From Rickettsiales bacterium (lineage in GTDB: Bacteria; Pseudomonadota; Alphaproteobacteria; Micavibrionales; GCA-2720935): a DNA stretch of 48,784 nucleotides. The notes under the pieces are model-generated. The model was not told the origin of the DNA. It made no database searches and was given only the letters and a program-made list of their open reading frames with translations. The stretch is taken from the NCBI GenBank assembly GCA_002720935.1, contig PBIV01000054.1, forward strand, positions 1 to 48,784, in the 5' to 3' direction. Shown piece after piece: positions 25,554 to 34,108 of the stretch; position 1 is the stretch's first letter, and each line of letters opens with the position of its first letter. A program made the position numbers and the translations under genes.

Positions 25554-26213
25554 GTGTCATATATACATATGATACAAAAACCTCCAAACCAGACACAACT
25601 TAGCCAAGCAAGCTCAAACTCTGAGCTTGCTATTTTTTCAAAGTTACCCAAAACAGGAGACTATCTGTTTGACAAGGCTATTCGTGTTGTTTTTGAGCAT
25701 GAGGGTTATTATTCCAATGATTTAGATGATCCAGGTGGACCAACAAAATGGGGTTGGTCATTAAGAGCCGTGCAAGAAATCGGCGACTTGGATGGCGACG
25801 GCATACTTGACTTTGATTTAGACCTCGATGGCGATGTTGATATTGATGATATTAAGCAGCTAAGTGCAGATATTGCTATCCAAAAATATTTTGATATTAA
25901 GTGGAAACCTTTCCCATACAACAAATTAGGATCTTCAGGAATAGCTATTAAAGCTTTTGATTTGTCTATCGTCATGGGAGAGCGTCAAGCTCATAAGTTA
26001 TTGCAAAGAGCCATTCGATCAGTAAATGGAGAGCATTTAGCCGATGATGGCATCATCGGGCCTAAGACATTAGAAGCAATCTATAAATGTAACCCTATCC
26101 CCCTGATGGCGGCTTATCGATCTGAAGCAGCGGCATTCTTCCGTTTGCTAGTAAGGGTTCGTCCAAAATCAGAGAAATATTTAAACGGGTGGCTTAATCG
26201 CGCCTATTACTAA
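25554..26213 (+). CDS. endolysin: GH108 lysozyme domain plus PG_binding_3, with an acidic DxDxDG-rich insertion
   Basis: FEHEGYYSNDLDDPGGPTKWG is the GH108 signature. IIGPKTLEAI and NGWLNR mark the peptidoglycan-binding domain. Confidence 0.85.
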   Translation: MSYIHMIQKPPNQTQLSQASSNSELAIFSKLPKTGDYLFDKAIRVVFEHEGYYSNDLDDPGGPTKWGWSLRAVQEIGDLDGDGILDFDLDLDGDVDIDDIKQLSADIAIQKYFDIKWKPFPYNKLGSSGIAIKAFDLSIVMGERQAHKLLQRAIRSVNGEHLADDGIIGPKTLEAIYKCNPIPLMAAYRSEAAAFFRLLVRVRPKSEKYLNGWLNRAYY

Positions 26214-26227
26214 AAAGGAGAGTAAAA

Positions 26228-26689
26228 ATGTTTAAACAAGTCTTAAATCAAATTTTCATGGTGTTATTTTCTATGATTTTCTTTACAGGCGCAGTATTCG
26301 CAGCAGATGCAACCATGAGTGTCCCAGCATCGGTAAATATCTATGAAATTCTTGTCTTGGTTATTACATCTGTATTTGTCGTGATTGGCGGTGCTGCCGT
26401 TTGGATTGTTAAAAAAGCACTTAATTATTTTGAAGCTAAGGCGGGTGTTGAGATTGATGAGGGCGTTCGTCAGTACTTACAAGCTGCTGTTGATAATGGC
26501 ATTAACTGGGCAAAACAAAAAGTCCTAGAAGAGGCTAAGGAGCGAAGTGAGATTGAATTTAAGTCCGAAGTTACGGCTAAAACGGTTCAATACCTAGTCG
26601 ACATGGTTCCTGATGCGGTCGATTACTTTGGATTAACAAACGAAAAACTAGAAAAACTTATCGAAAGTAAATTAGAGGCAAAAGAATAG
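26228..26689 (+). CDS. membrane protein of the lysis cassette (holin candidate)
   Basis: Two hydrophobic segments (IFMVLFSMIFFTGAVFA; ILVLVITSVFVVIGGAAVWIV) followed by a charged tail. It lies between the endolysin and the spanins. Confidence 0.5.
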   Translation: MFKQVLNQIFMVLFSMIFFTGAVFAADATMSVPASVNIYEILVLVITSVFVVIGGAAVWIVKKALNYFEAKAGVEIDEGVRQYLQAAVDNGINWAKQKVLEEAKERSEIEFKSEVTAKTVQYLVDMVPDAVDYFGLTNEKLEKLIESKLEAKE

Positions 26690-26904
26690 TGATCGAACTT
26701 TTGATAATTCTCTCTCTCGTGGTGTCCGTGATTTCATTATTTATTTTTTTGAGCATGAGAGAGAGAAACACAGGTCGCAAAGAGCAGAAATTACAAAACG
26801 CACAAGAGGTTATTAAGAATGTTGAAAAAACTAAAGATGCTTTTAATCGCCTTAATGTTAATCAACGTAAACGCCTGCTCGACCGCTACGGACGTTCTTC
26901 ATGA
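26689..26904 (+). CDS. i-spanin-like protein (Rz-like)
   Basis: N-terminal TM IELLIILSLVVSVISLFIFLSM, then a charged helix. The lipoprotein ORF overlaps its 3' end. Confidence 0.5.
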   Translation: MIELLIILSLVVSVISLFIFLSMRERNTGRKEQKLQNAQEVIKNVEKTKDAFNRLNVNQRKRLLDRYGRSS

Positions 26905-27010
26905 TCTTTGTCTGATTATTGAAACAGATGATTTGACCAATGAGGGATTAGCCAAATACGACTGTGTATGTCACGAGGATCCGATAGATAAAGAAAGGTG
27001 CGATGAATGA
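26819..27010 (+). CDS. o-spanin-like lipoprotein (Rz1-like), overlapping the preceding gene out of frame
   Basis: Signal peptide with lipobox-like LINVNAC. Small mature part with four more Cys. Confidence 0.55.
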   Translation: MLKKLKMLLIALMLINVNACSTATDVLHDLCLIIETDDLTNEGLAKYDCVCHEDPIDKERCDE

Positions 27011-27348
27011 TTGATATTCTCGATTTAGTGAATAAATACGGATTTCCCTTATTGTTTATAGGTCAAATTTTTTTGGCTGGAGTTGTTTTGTATTTAAAAG
27101 ATAAATTTGCCTCAAAAGAAATAGAGGATGAGTTATCCACGATGGATGACCGTCTTAAAAAAGTGGAATTTAAAGTCGATCAAATTCCAACCAAAAACGA
27201 TTTTCACCAGCTCGAAATGAAAATTACAGACCTTCAAGGCGATTTAAAGAGGGTTGATCAGAATTTAGTTGGTATTGAGCGTTTGCACACCTTAGTTCAA
27301 AACCAAACAAACCGTATCGAAGATTTTTTAAAAAGATCAACTAAATAA
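27007..27348 (+). CDS. small TM plus coiled-coil protein (DUF2730-like, Mu gp25 position)
   Basis: N-terminal TM FPLLFIGQIFLAGVVLYL followed by a coiled coil. Its position before the terminase genes matches other Mu-like prophages. Confidence 0.5.
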   Translation: MIDILDLVNKYGFPLLFIGQIFLAGVVLYLKDKFASKEIEDELSTMDDRLKKVEFKVDQIPTKNDFHQLEMKITDLQGDLKRVDQNLVGIERLHTLVQNQTNRIEDFLKRSTK

Positions 27349-27372
27349 TAATTTAAAAAAGGGGAATTTAAT

Positions 27373-27672
27373 ATGGCTTCTTATTCTGAGTTTCTTATTC
27401 CAATTCGCCGACTGTCGATTTTGGAGCTGTTATACGATAGTCAAGGAAAAGCAAATGATAAAGTTCTACAAGATGGCCTTGATAGAATGGGTTTCTCAAG
27501 GGTTTCCAGAGCGCAAATTCGCGATGATATTAGATTTTTAATTGATAATGGCTGTGTTATCGATCATTGGGTTGGCGATATTTGTGTCGTTGAGATTACA
27601 CATAGAGGTGTTGATGTCGCCCAGGGGCGTGAAATTATTGATGGTGTTAAACAACCAGAAATAGGAGTTTAG
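27373..27672 (+). CDS. small winged-helix-like protein (Mu gp26 position)
   Basis: 99 aa. LSILELLYDSQGKANDKVLQDGLDRMGF...IRFLIDNGCV. Confidence 0.5.
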   Translation: MASYSEFLIPIRRLSILELLYDSQGKANDKVLQDGLDRMGFSRVSRAQIRDDIRFLIDNGCVIDHWVGDICVVEITHRGVDVAQGREIIDGVKQPEIGV

Positions 27673-27674
27673 AA

Positions 27675-28232
27675 ATGGCAAGGCCCTCAACAATAGATCG
27701 TCTGCCTAAAAAAATTCGTGAGAAAATAACCTTTTTGCGAGATAAGGGCCGTACGATTGATGAAATTTTAGAGAATCTGGAACAGTTAGATGTTGATGTG
27801 AGTAGATCGGCACTAGGTCGCCATCTAAAAAAACAAAAACAGGTTGCGGAACAAATCAGGCGTTCACGACAACTTGCTGAGGCCGTCGGTCGTCAATTCG
27901 GGGATAGCGAGACAAGCCAAGTTGCTAGAACGAACATAGAGTTGCTTCATTCTTTATTGATGAAAGTCATGATCGGAGATGAAGAAGAAACAGAGCAAGA
28001 TGTTGTTTTAAGCCCTAAAGAAGCAATGTTCGCTGCCTCTGCCATTGAAAAACTATCTAAGGCTTCAAAGCTTGATGTGGATAGGGAATTAAAAATCCGT
28101 GAAGAGGCAGAAAAACAAGCCCTTAAGAAAGCCGCTGATATTGTCGATAAGACAGGAAAAGAAAAAGGGTTATCTGCTGAAATGGTAAATGAACTGAAAG
28201 CTAAGTTCTTAGGAGTTAAGCATGACAGATAA
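27675..28232 (+). CDS. terminase small subunit (DUF3486, Mu gp27-like)
   Basis: The opening MARPSTIDRLPKKIREKITFLRDKGRTIDEI is typical of DUF3486. It lies directly upstream of the large subunit. Confidence 0.75.
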   Translation: MARPSTIDRLPKKIREKITFLRDKGRTIDEILENLEQLDVDVSRSALGRHLKKQKQVAEQIRRSRQLAEAVGRQFGDSETSQVARTNIELLHSLLMKVMIGDEEETEQDVVLSPKEAMFAASAIEKLSKASKLDVDRELKIREEAEKQALKKAADIVDKTGKEKGLSAEMVNELKAKFLGVKHDR

Positions 28233-29841
28233 AGATTTACCAACAAAGCCCTTGCCAGGTTCGTTGCCTGATGAAGTGAAAGCATTGCCAGACATCTTAT
28301 TGTCTTATCAACAAGAGTTATTAGCCACAACGGCTGCCAATCTTGTTGTTTTCTGTGAAAAGTCAAGGCGTATTGGTATCACGTGGGCTGTTGGAGCTGA
28401 TGCGACAATGGTGGCTGCTTCGTCAAAAAAAGCTAATGGCATGAACGTTTATTACATGGGCTATAATTTAGAAATGGCGCGTGAGTTTATTAATGTTTGT
28501 GCTGATTGGGCGAAGATATTTAATCAAGCTTGTTCAGAAGTTGAGGACTGTATATTTGAAGACATCGATGCGCATGGCGAAACTAGAAAAATTAAGGCTT
28601 TTAGGATTCAATTTGCGTCAGGTTTTGAAGTGATAGCACTCCCATCAAGCGCCCGTTCTTTAAGGGGGATGCAAGGTTTTGTGATTGTTGATGAGGCTGC
28701 TTTCCATGACGACTTAGAAGAAGTTTTAAAGGCAGCATACGCCCTTTTAATGTGGGGTGGCCGTGTGTTAGTTATCTCAACGCATGACGGTGCGGATAAT
28801 GTTTTTAATCAACAAATCCAAGCGATTAAAGAAAAGCGCAAAGGTTTTAGAAAACATAAACTGGTTACAATTACGTTTACAGATGCGGTTAACAATGGTT
28901 TATACGAACGCATTTGCCTCGTTAAAGGTGTTGAGCCGACTGCCGATGGCAAACAAGATTTTATTAATGAGATTTATGAGTTTTATGGGGATGGTGCATC
29001 TGAAGAATTGGATGTCGTTCCCCGTAAATCAGGCGGTGTTTATTTTCCTGCTCAGCTTGTTGAGCCATCAATGATTGATGTTCCCGTTGTTACACTCTCT
29101 TTAGATGATGACTTCTTTCCAAAACCAAATCATGAAAAGGAACGATATATACTAGATTGGTGCGTGGAAACATTGAAGCCAATATTGGATAAGCTTGATA
29201 AGGAGTTATCTTATTACTTTGGTTTTGATTGTGGCCGTACAACAGATTTATCAGTTTATGCGCCTTTATGTATTTCAAAAAATACAAGCCGAAAATCTCC
29301 GCTAATCTTAGAAATGAGAAATGTTCCTTTTACGAACCAGGAACAAATTTTGTATTACATCACTGACAGGCTGCCGAACTTTAGGGTTGGTATGCTTGAT
29401 GGCACGGGTTTAGGCGCAATGCTTGCCGAGAAGATGGAGGAAAGATACGGTCACCACCGTATTAGAAACGTAAAAATTAATGTCGGCTGGTATGAGGAAG
29501 CTCTTCCGAAGTACAAGGGCGCGATGCAGGATAAGCATATTTTCATCCCCAAAGATGCCAATATATTACAAGACCATAGAACAGCAAAAGTTGTATCTGG
29601 TGTTCCCCAAATACCAAGGCTTAAAGATGACCAAGGTAAATCAAGACACGGTGACTCTCTGGTTGCTTTGGCTGGTGCGTATTGGTCAACCCTACAAGAA
29701 GTCGGCGAATATGATTATGAAGCCGTTTTTCCTAATGGAATGGACCATACTGGAAATTTACAGATGAAACCACGCCATGAAGATGAAGATGCTGGATTCC
29801 ATCGTTCTAAAAACTTTGGAAATAATAGAGGAGCGTATTAA
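28222..29841 (+). CDS. terminase large subunit (Mu gp28-like)
   Basis: KSRRIGITWA (ATPase P-loop-like region) and FVIVDEAAFH (Walker B). 539 aa. Confidence 0.85.
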   Translation: MTDKDLPTKPLPGSLPDEVKALPDILLSYQQELLATTAANLVVFCEKSRRIGITWAVGADATMVAASSKKANGMNVYYMGYNLEMAREFINVCADWAKIFNQACSEVEDCIFEDIDAHGETRKIKAFRIQFASGFEVIALPSSARSLRGMQGFVIVDEAAFHDDLEEVLKAAYALLMWGGRVLVISTHDGADNVFNQQIQAIKEKRKGFRKHKLVTITFTDAVNNGLYERICLVKGVEPTADGKQDFINEIYEFYGDGASEELDVVPRKSGGVYFPAQLVEPSMIDVPVVTLSLDDDFFPKPNHEKERYILDWCVETLKPILDKLDKELSYYFGFDCGRTTDLSVYAPLCISKNTSRKSPLILEMRNVPFTNQEQILYYITDRLPNFRVGMLDGTGLGAMLAEKMEERYGHHRIRNVKINVGWYEEALPKYKGAMQDKHIFIPKDANILQDHRTAKVVSGVPQIPRLKDDQGKSRHGDSLVALAGAYWSTLQEVGEYDYEAVFPNGMDHTGNLQMKPRHEDEDAGFHRSKNFGNNRGAY

Positions 29842-31361
29842 TGACTGATATTTACGATATGTATGGCAATGTTGTTAAAAAGCCGTTGTTAAGAGTTGAA
29901 CAAGCAGCCCCAACTATGACAGGTGTAAGGTCTGTTATTAATGAGAATGTAAGTCACGGTTTAACACCTTATAAACTGGCGAATATTTTGCGGGATGCTG
30001 ATAATGGGCATATTGCAGCCTATTTAAACTTAGCCGAAGAAATCGAAGAAAAAGAGCCTCATTATCATGCTGTTTTAGGAACAAGAAAAAGATCTGTTTC
30101 TCAATTAGATATAACTGTTGAAGCTGCGGGCGATGATAAGAAGTCGTTAGAGCAAGCAGAGTTTATTCAAAACTGGTTAGACCGTGATTATTTAGAAGAT
30201 GAATTGGTGGATATTCTAGACGCTATTGGTAAAGGCTTTAGTGTTACTGAAATCATGTGGGATATGACAGGCTCAAAATGGTTACCAAGATCTTTAAAAT
30301 GGCGTGATCCATCTTGGTTTGAATTTGACAGAGAAAGCCAAGAAAATATCTTTTTAAAGACAGATACAGGCTTACAGCCATTGAATCCGTATAAATTTAT
30401 CGTTCATCGCCATAAGGCAAAGTCAGGCATTACCACCCGCGGTGGTGTTATTCGCCCTGTTTTATGGATGTATTTATTTAAAAACTTTTCACTTAAAGAT
30501 TGGGTTATTTTTCTTGAGGCTTATGGACAACCTATCCGCGTGGGTAAATATGGTGCTGGAGCTTCAGACGATGATAAACGGGTTCTTTTGCGCGCTGTTG
30601 CTAATATTGGATCTGACGCTGCTGCAATTATTCCTGAGAATATGCAGATTGATTTTGTTGAGGCTCAAAATAAGTCGCAAACAACAGATGGTTTTAAAGA
30701 CCTATGTGCTTATGTTGATAAGCTGATATCTAAAGTTGTTCTGGGGCAGACCATGACAACAGATGATGGTTCTTCTCGATCACAAGCAGAGGTTCATCAG
30801 GAAGTGAAGCATGACATTGAGAGGAGCGATGCAAAGCAATTAGGCGCAACTTTAAATCTTCAGCTCGTCCAACCAATGATCAATTTGAATTACGGACCGC
30901 AAGAAAAGTATCCGCGCATAAAGATTGGGCGTAGTGAAAATGTTGATATTGAGAAAATCATCAATGTGGCCGATAAGTCCGTTCGAATGGGATTAGCGGT
31001 TTCGGCAAAAGATATTCGTGAAAAGATAGGCTTTAAAATGCCTGAAAGCGAAGATGACATTTTGAAATTACCATCCCCAGCTGAGCCATCTGCTCAAAAT
31101 TCTGAAGATGTCGCAAATCAGAGCAAAAAATCTGATCCTGTGACTAATTTAGCAAATGCGGCACTGGATGAATGGGAAGAAGTTTTGTCGCCAATTCAAA
31201 AGCTTTTGCAAGAAGCAACCGCCACAAGCTCGTCATATGAAGAGTTTCAGCAAAAAATTCTTGAATTAGCGCCTGACTATGACCTTGAGGCCGTAGCAGA
31301 ACATATTGCTAAGGCAAATTTTACAGCCAATTTAATCGGACAAATAGACTATAAGGAGTGA
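29841..31361 (+). CDS. portal protein (DUF935, Mu gp29-like)
   Basis: 506 aa directly after the terminase; conserved GQPIRVGKYG region. Confidence 0.8.
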   Translation: MTDIYDMYGNVVKKPLLRVEQAAPTMTGVRSVINENVSHGLTPYKLANILRDADNGHIAAYLNLAEEIEEKEPHYHAVLGTRKRSVSQLDITVEAAGDDKKSLEQAEFIQNWLDRDYLEDELVDILDAIGKGFSVTEIMWDMTGSKWLPRSLKWRDPSWFEFDRESQENIFLKTDTGLQPLNPYKFIVHRHKAKSGITTRGGVIRPVLWMYLFKNFSLKDWVIFLEAYGQPIRVGKYGAGASDDDKRVLLRAVANIGSDAAAIIPENMQIDFVEAQNKSQTTDGFKDLCAYVDKLISKVVLGQTMTTDDGSSRSQAEVHQEVKHDIERSDAKQLGATLNLQLVQPMINLNYGPQEKYPRIKIGRSENVDIEKIINVADKSVRMGLAVSAKDIREKIGFKMPESEDDILKLPSPAEPSAQNSEDVANQSKKSDPVTNLANAALDEWEEVLSPIQKLLQEATATSSSYEEFQQKILELAPDYDLEAVAEHIAKANFTANLIGQIDYKE

Positions 31362-31365
31362 GAGA

Positions 31366-31971
31366 ATGGATAATTTTTTTATGGGTGAATCAGTTGAAGA
31401 CACAAGATATTGGGCTTTAGAACTTGCGGTATCTTCAAATAAAAAAGGAATTGGCGCAAAAAAGATATTAGAAGATGCTGAAACATTCCTTGGTTTTTTA
31501 AAACCAGAAAAAGCACAGCTTCATTCATTGCCCCAGCCTCAAAAGAAAAAGCCTGCGGTTATTTCGTCTATACAAAAAAAAGTTGATGATCTAGAGAAAA
31601 AGCCGAATAAAAAACATCGTGTAACTTCAAAAGATGGCTTAACGCCACGCCAAGAGGAGGTCTTGTCAGCCATCATCAATATAAATGCTTATAATTTATC
31701 TGCGACACGTAAGGAAATTGGTCGCCGAATTAATATGTCGCCGAATAATGTTTGGCTGTATGTGAAAGATTTAATCAAAAAAGGTTATGTTGAAGATGTT
31801 AAGAAATCAGAACAAAGGTTTAAAAGTTATATTGCTGTAAAGTCCTTATCAGGAAAGCCCCTTAATCCAGATGAAGATAAACCCGTGAGAGATGAGGAAA
31901 CAGGAATATTGAAGTGTCCCCCAGGTTATGCTGAGGGGTATCTTGAAAGCACAATTTTTGATGGCTTGTAA
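31366..31971 (+). CDS. LexA-N-terminal-like winged-helix DNA-binding protein (accessory gene between portal and MuF)
   Basis: LTPRQEEVLSAIININAYNLSATRKEIGRRINMSPNNVWLYVKDLIKKGYVEDV parallels the LexA DNA-binding domain. No S24 domain follows. Confidence 0.6.
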   Translation: MDNFFMGESVEDTRYWALELAVSSNKKGIGAKKILEDAETFLGFLKPEKAQLHSLPQPQKKKPAVISSIQKKVDDLEKKPNKKHRVTSKDGLTPRQEEVLSAIININAYNLSATRKEIGRRINMSPNNVWLYVKDLIKKGYVEDVKKSEQRFKSYIAVKSLSGKPLNPDEDKPVRDEETGILKCPPGYAEGYLESTIFDGL

Positions 31972-32032
31972 TCATGGCCAAGAAAACAAAACAACCGACT
32001 TTAAAAGAATTAAAACAGCCTGAAGATGTGAA

Positions 32033-33295
32033 GTGATGCCTGAAACAATAAAGCCATTAGCCCCGAAAGAGGCTGTCGATTTTTTTAGAAAGAAAGGCTA
32101 TAAACAATCTTTTAATTGGCAAGATGTATGGCGAGAGGAACACGCTTATTCATTTACAGTGGCTAAAGCCATGCGGAATGATATTTTACAAGATATTCGT
32201 AGCGCCCTCGATGACGCCATAACAAATGGTGTTCCTTTTAAAGAGTTTTCTAAAAATCTATCTAATGTCCTGGCCGATAAAGGTTGGTGGGGCAGAAAGG
32301 AAATGATAGATCCTAACACAGGCGAAAAAAAGCTTGTTCAGCTGGGGAGTCCGCATCGGCTTTCAACAATTTATTACACGAATTTAAGATCTGCTTATGC
32401 TGCGGGGCATTGGCAAAGAATAGAGCGTTCTGCAAAAACGCGCCCCTATTTGCGTTACGTTGCGATCCTTGATGATAGGACTAGGGATAGACATCGGGCT
32501 TGGCATGGTATTGTTTTGCCTGTTGATCATCCTTTTTGGTCGCAATTCTATCCTCCAAATGGTTGGGGGTGTCGTTGTAGCGTTCAACAATTATCTAAGA
32601 GAGATTTGGAGCGTCGCGGTTATAAGATCACGCCAGATAACCAGCTCCCGTTAGACGAGAAAAAAAGATTTGTTAATAAGAGGTCTGGGGAAGTCGTAAC
32701 CTTACCAAAAGGAATAGATCCTGGCTTTGGCTATAATGTGGGGAAAGCCCGCATGAAATCTTTGATACCGCCTTTGTCTAATGCACCGATAAACGTTCCT
32801 TATGCGGGAAATCCTGCAAAAGTTAAACTCCCAAAAGCAAGAGCCTTAAATGAATCCGTTCTGTACCCTGATGGGCTTCAGGATAAGGAATATATTGATC
32901 TGTTTATGAAAGAGTTTAAGGGGCTTGAAAAAGGTGTTTATTTTGATGCTCTCGGGGAACCGATTATAATTAGTGATGAGCTATTTAAAACGGCTTCAGG
33001 TCGATTAAAAATCCACAAAGATATGCGTTACAAATACCTTGGTATGCTCGCTCGCACAATCATTGATCCAGACGAGATTTGGTATGTTTGGGAGGAATAC
33101 CCTAAAGGCCGCATGACGCTTAGAAAAAAGTATTTGGCACGCTGGACAGTAAATGACAAAGAAACGCCAGGTTTCGTTTTGTTTGATACATCTGAAGATG
33201 GTTGGAAAGGTATAACCACATTTAGTCCGAATAAAGATAGCTATATTTTAAAACAAAGATCAGGCGCACTTGTGTATCAGAGAAAAAAAGAGTAA
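32033..33295 (+). CDS. Mu F-like head morphogenesis protein (gp30; likely start ATG 32036)
   Basis: LDDRTRDRHRAWHGIVLPVDHPFWSQFYPPNGWGCRCS is the Phage_Mu_F signature. Confidence 0.88.
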   Translation: MMPETIKPLAPKEAVDFFRKKGYKQSFNWQDVWREEHAYSFTVAKAMRNDILQDIRSALDDAITNGVPFKEFSKNLSNVLADKGWWGRKEMIDPNTGEKKLVQLGSPHRLSTIYYTNLRSAYAAGHWQRIERSAKTRPYLRYVAILDDRTRDRHRAWHGIVLPVDHPFWSQFYPPNGWGCRCSVQQLSKRDLERRGYKITPDNQLPLDEKKRFVNKRSGEVVTLPKGIDPGFGYNVGKARMKSLIPPLSNAPINVPYAGNPAKVKLPKARALNESVLYPDGLQDKEYIDLFMKEFKGLEKGVYFDALGEPIIISDELFKTASGRLKIHKDMRYKYLGMLARTIIDPDEIWYVWEEYPKGRMTLRKKYLARWTVNDKETPGFVLFDTSEDGWKGITTFSPNKDSYILKQRSGALVYQRKKE

Positions 33296-33786
33296 TGTGC
33301 GCCATATTAACGGAGGAAATTAATATGTATTTTTTGAGAATGGCTTTTTTAATAAGCCTTATGTTTTTTGTATCAACAACGGCTCGTGCTGATAGTTATG
33401 TTGTAAAAGAAGCTCCTTTATTTCTAGATCAGGCGAGTAATACTTGCTCAATTATTGAATCAGGTTATGAAGATATATTTTGTGAAACAAACGAAGATGG
33501 CTATGTTTTAACGGTCAATAGAGAGATCCAAAACACAGCGTTTGCAGATTTGGAGCTTTCACGTTTGAAATATGAAATTCGCCAACTTCAAATTAATATT
33601 ATGAGATCTGGCTTGAAGTTTCGAGTTGTTGATTTAACGGCGTCGCCTCCAAAAACGGTTCTATATGGTTTTGTTGAAGATAAAGTTAATTATGGTGGAC
33701 GCTTAATAGAAGAACATTCTCAATCTTTAGAAAGCTATTGTTCTAATTACAAGATATTGCCCAGATTTTGTAAGGATATAAAATAA
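33295..33786 (+). CDS. secreted protein of unknown function (moron; likely start ATG 33325 after GGAGG)
   Basis: Signal peptide MYFLRMAFLISLMFFVSTTARA|DS. A strong hairpin follows it. Confidence 0.6.
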   Translation: MCAILTEEINMYFLRMAFLISLMFFVSTTARADSYVVKEAPLFLDQASNTCSIIESGYEDIFCETNEDGYVLTVNREIQNTAFADLELSRLKYEIRQLQINIMRSGLKFRVVDLTASPPKTVLYGFVEDKVNYGGRLIEEHSQSLESYCSNYKILPRFCKDIK

Positions 33787-33790
33787 AAAA

Positions 33791-33818
33791 AGCTCGGAAA
33801 TGCTATCCTTTCCGAGCT
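33791..33818. terminator. perfect 10-bp hairpin after the secreted-protein gene
   Basis: AGCTCGGAAA (33791-33800) pairs with TTTCCGAGCT (33809-33818) around an 8-nt loop. The A-run is upstream rather than a T-run downstream, so a plus-strand terminator function is uncertain. Confidence 0.4.
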
Positions 33819-34062
33819 ACTAAAAGGCATCATCTGTCGCGCGATAGCCGCTCGTTATGCCCTTATTCTTAATTTTACCACATATCGGTTATAAAAATCA
33901 AATTTATAAAAGCCCCATAAAAAGCTTTACAGGGCGGTCTATTGTTTTTAGGCTATGAATGCGCCTTATTTATAAAACAGGCTAAATTTAAACGATTTGT
34001 CGGACTTTTAAACACGGGTTTGACACGCTATTAAAACAGCACTTTATATATATCGTTAAAAA

Positions 34063-34086
34063 CTCCCCCTCTATTCACGCAGCATG
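34063..34086 (+). promoter_or_regulatory. conserved late-promoter box, copy 2
   Basis: TCCCCCTCTATTCACGCAGCATGA, the same box as 25513-25536, 23 nt upstream of the protease/scaffold start. Confidence 0.55.
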
Positions 34087-34108
34087 ATTATAAGTTTTTG
34101 GTTCTGTC

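Noticed and set aside
31974-32033. 19-codon ORF (MAKKTKQPTLKELKQPEDVK) in the gap before the MuF-like gene
   Set aside because: It is too short, lies in a different frame from MuF and has no supporting signal.
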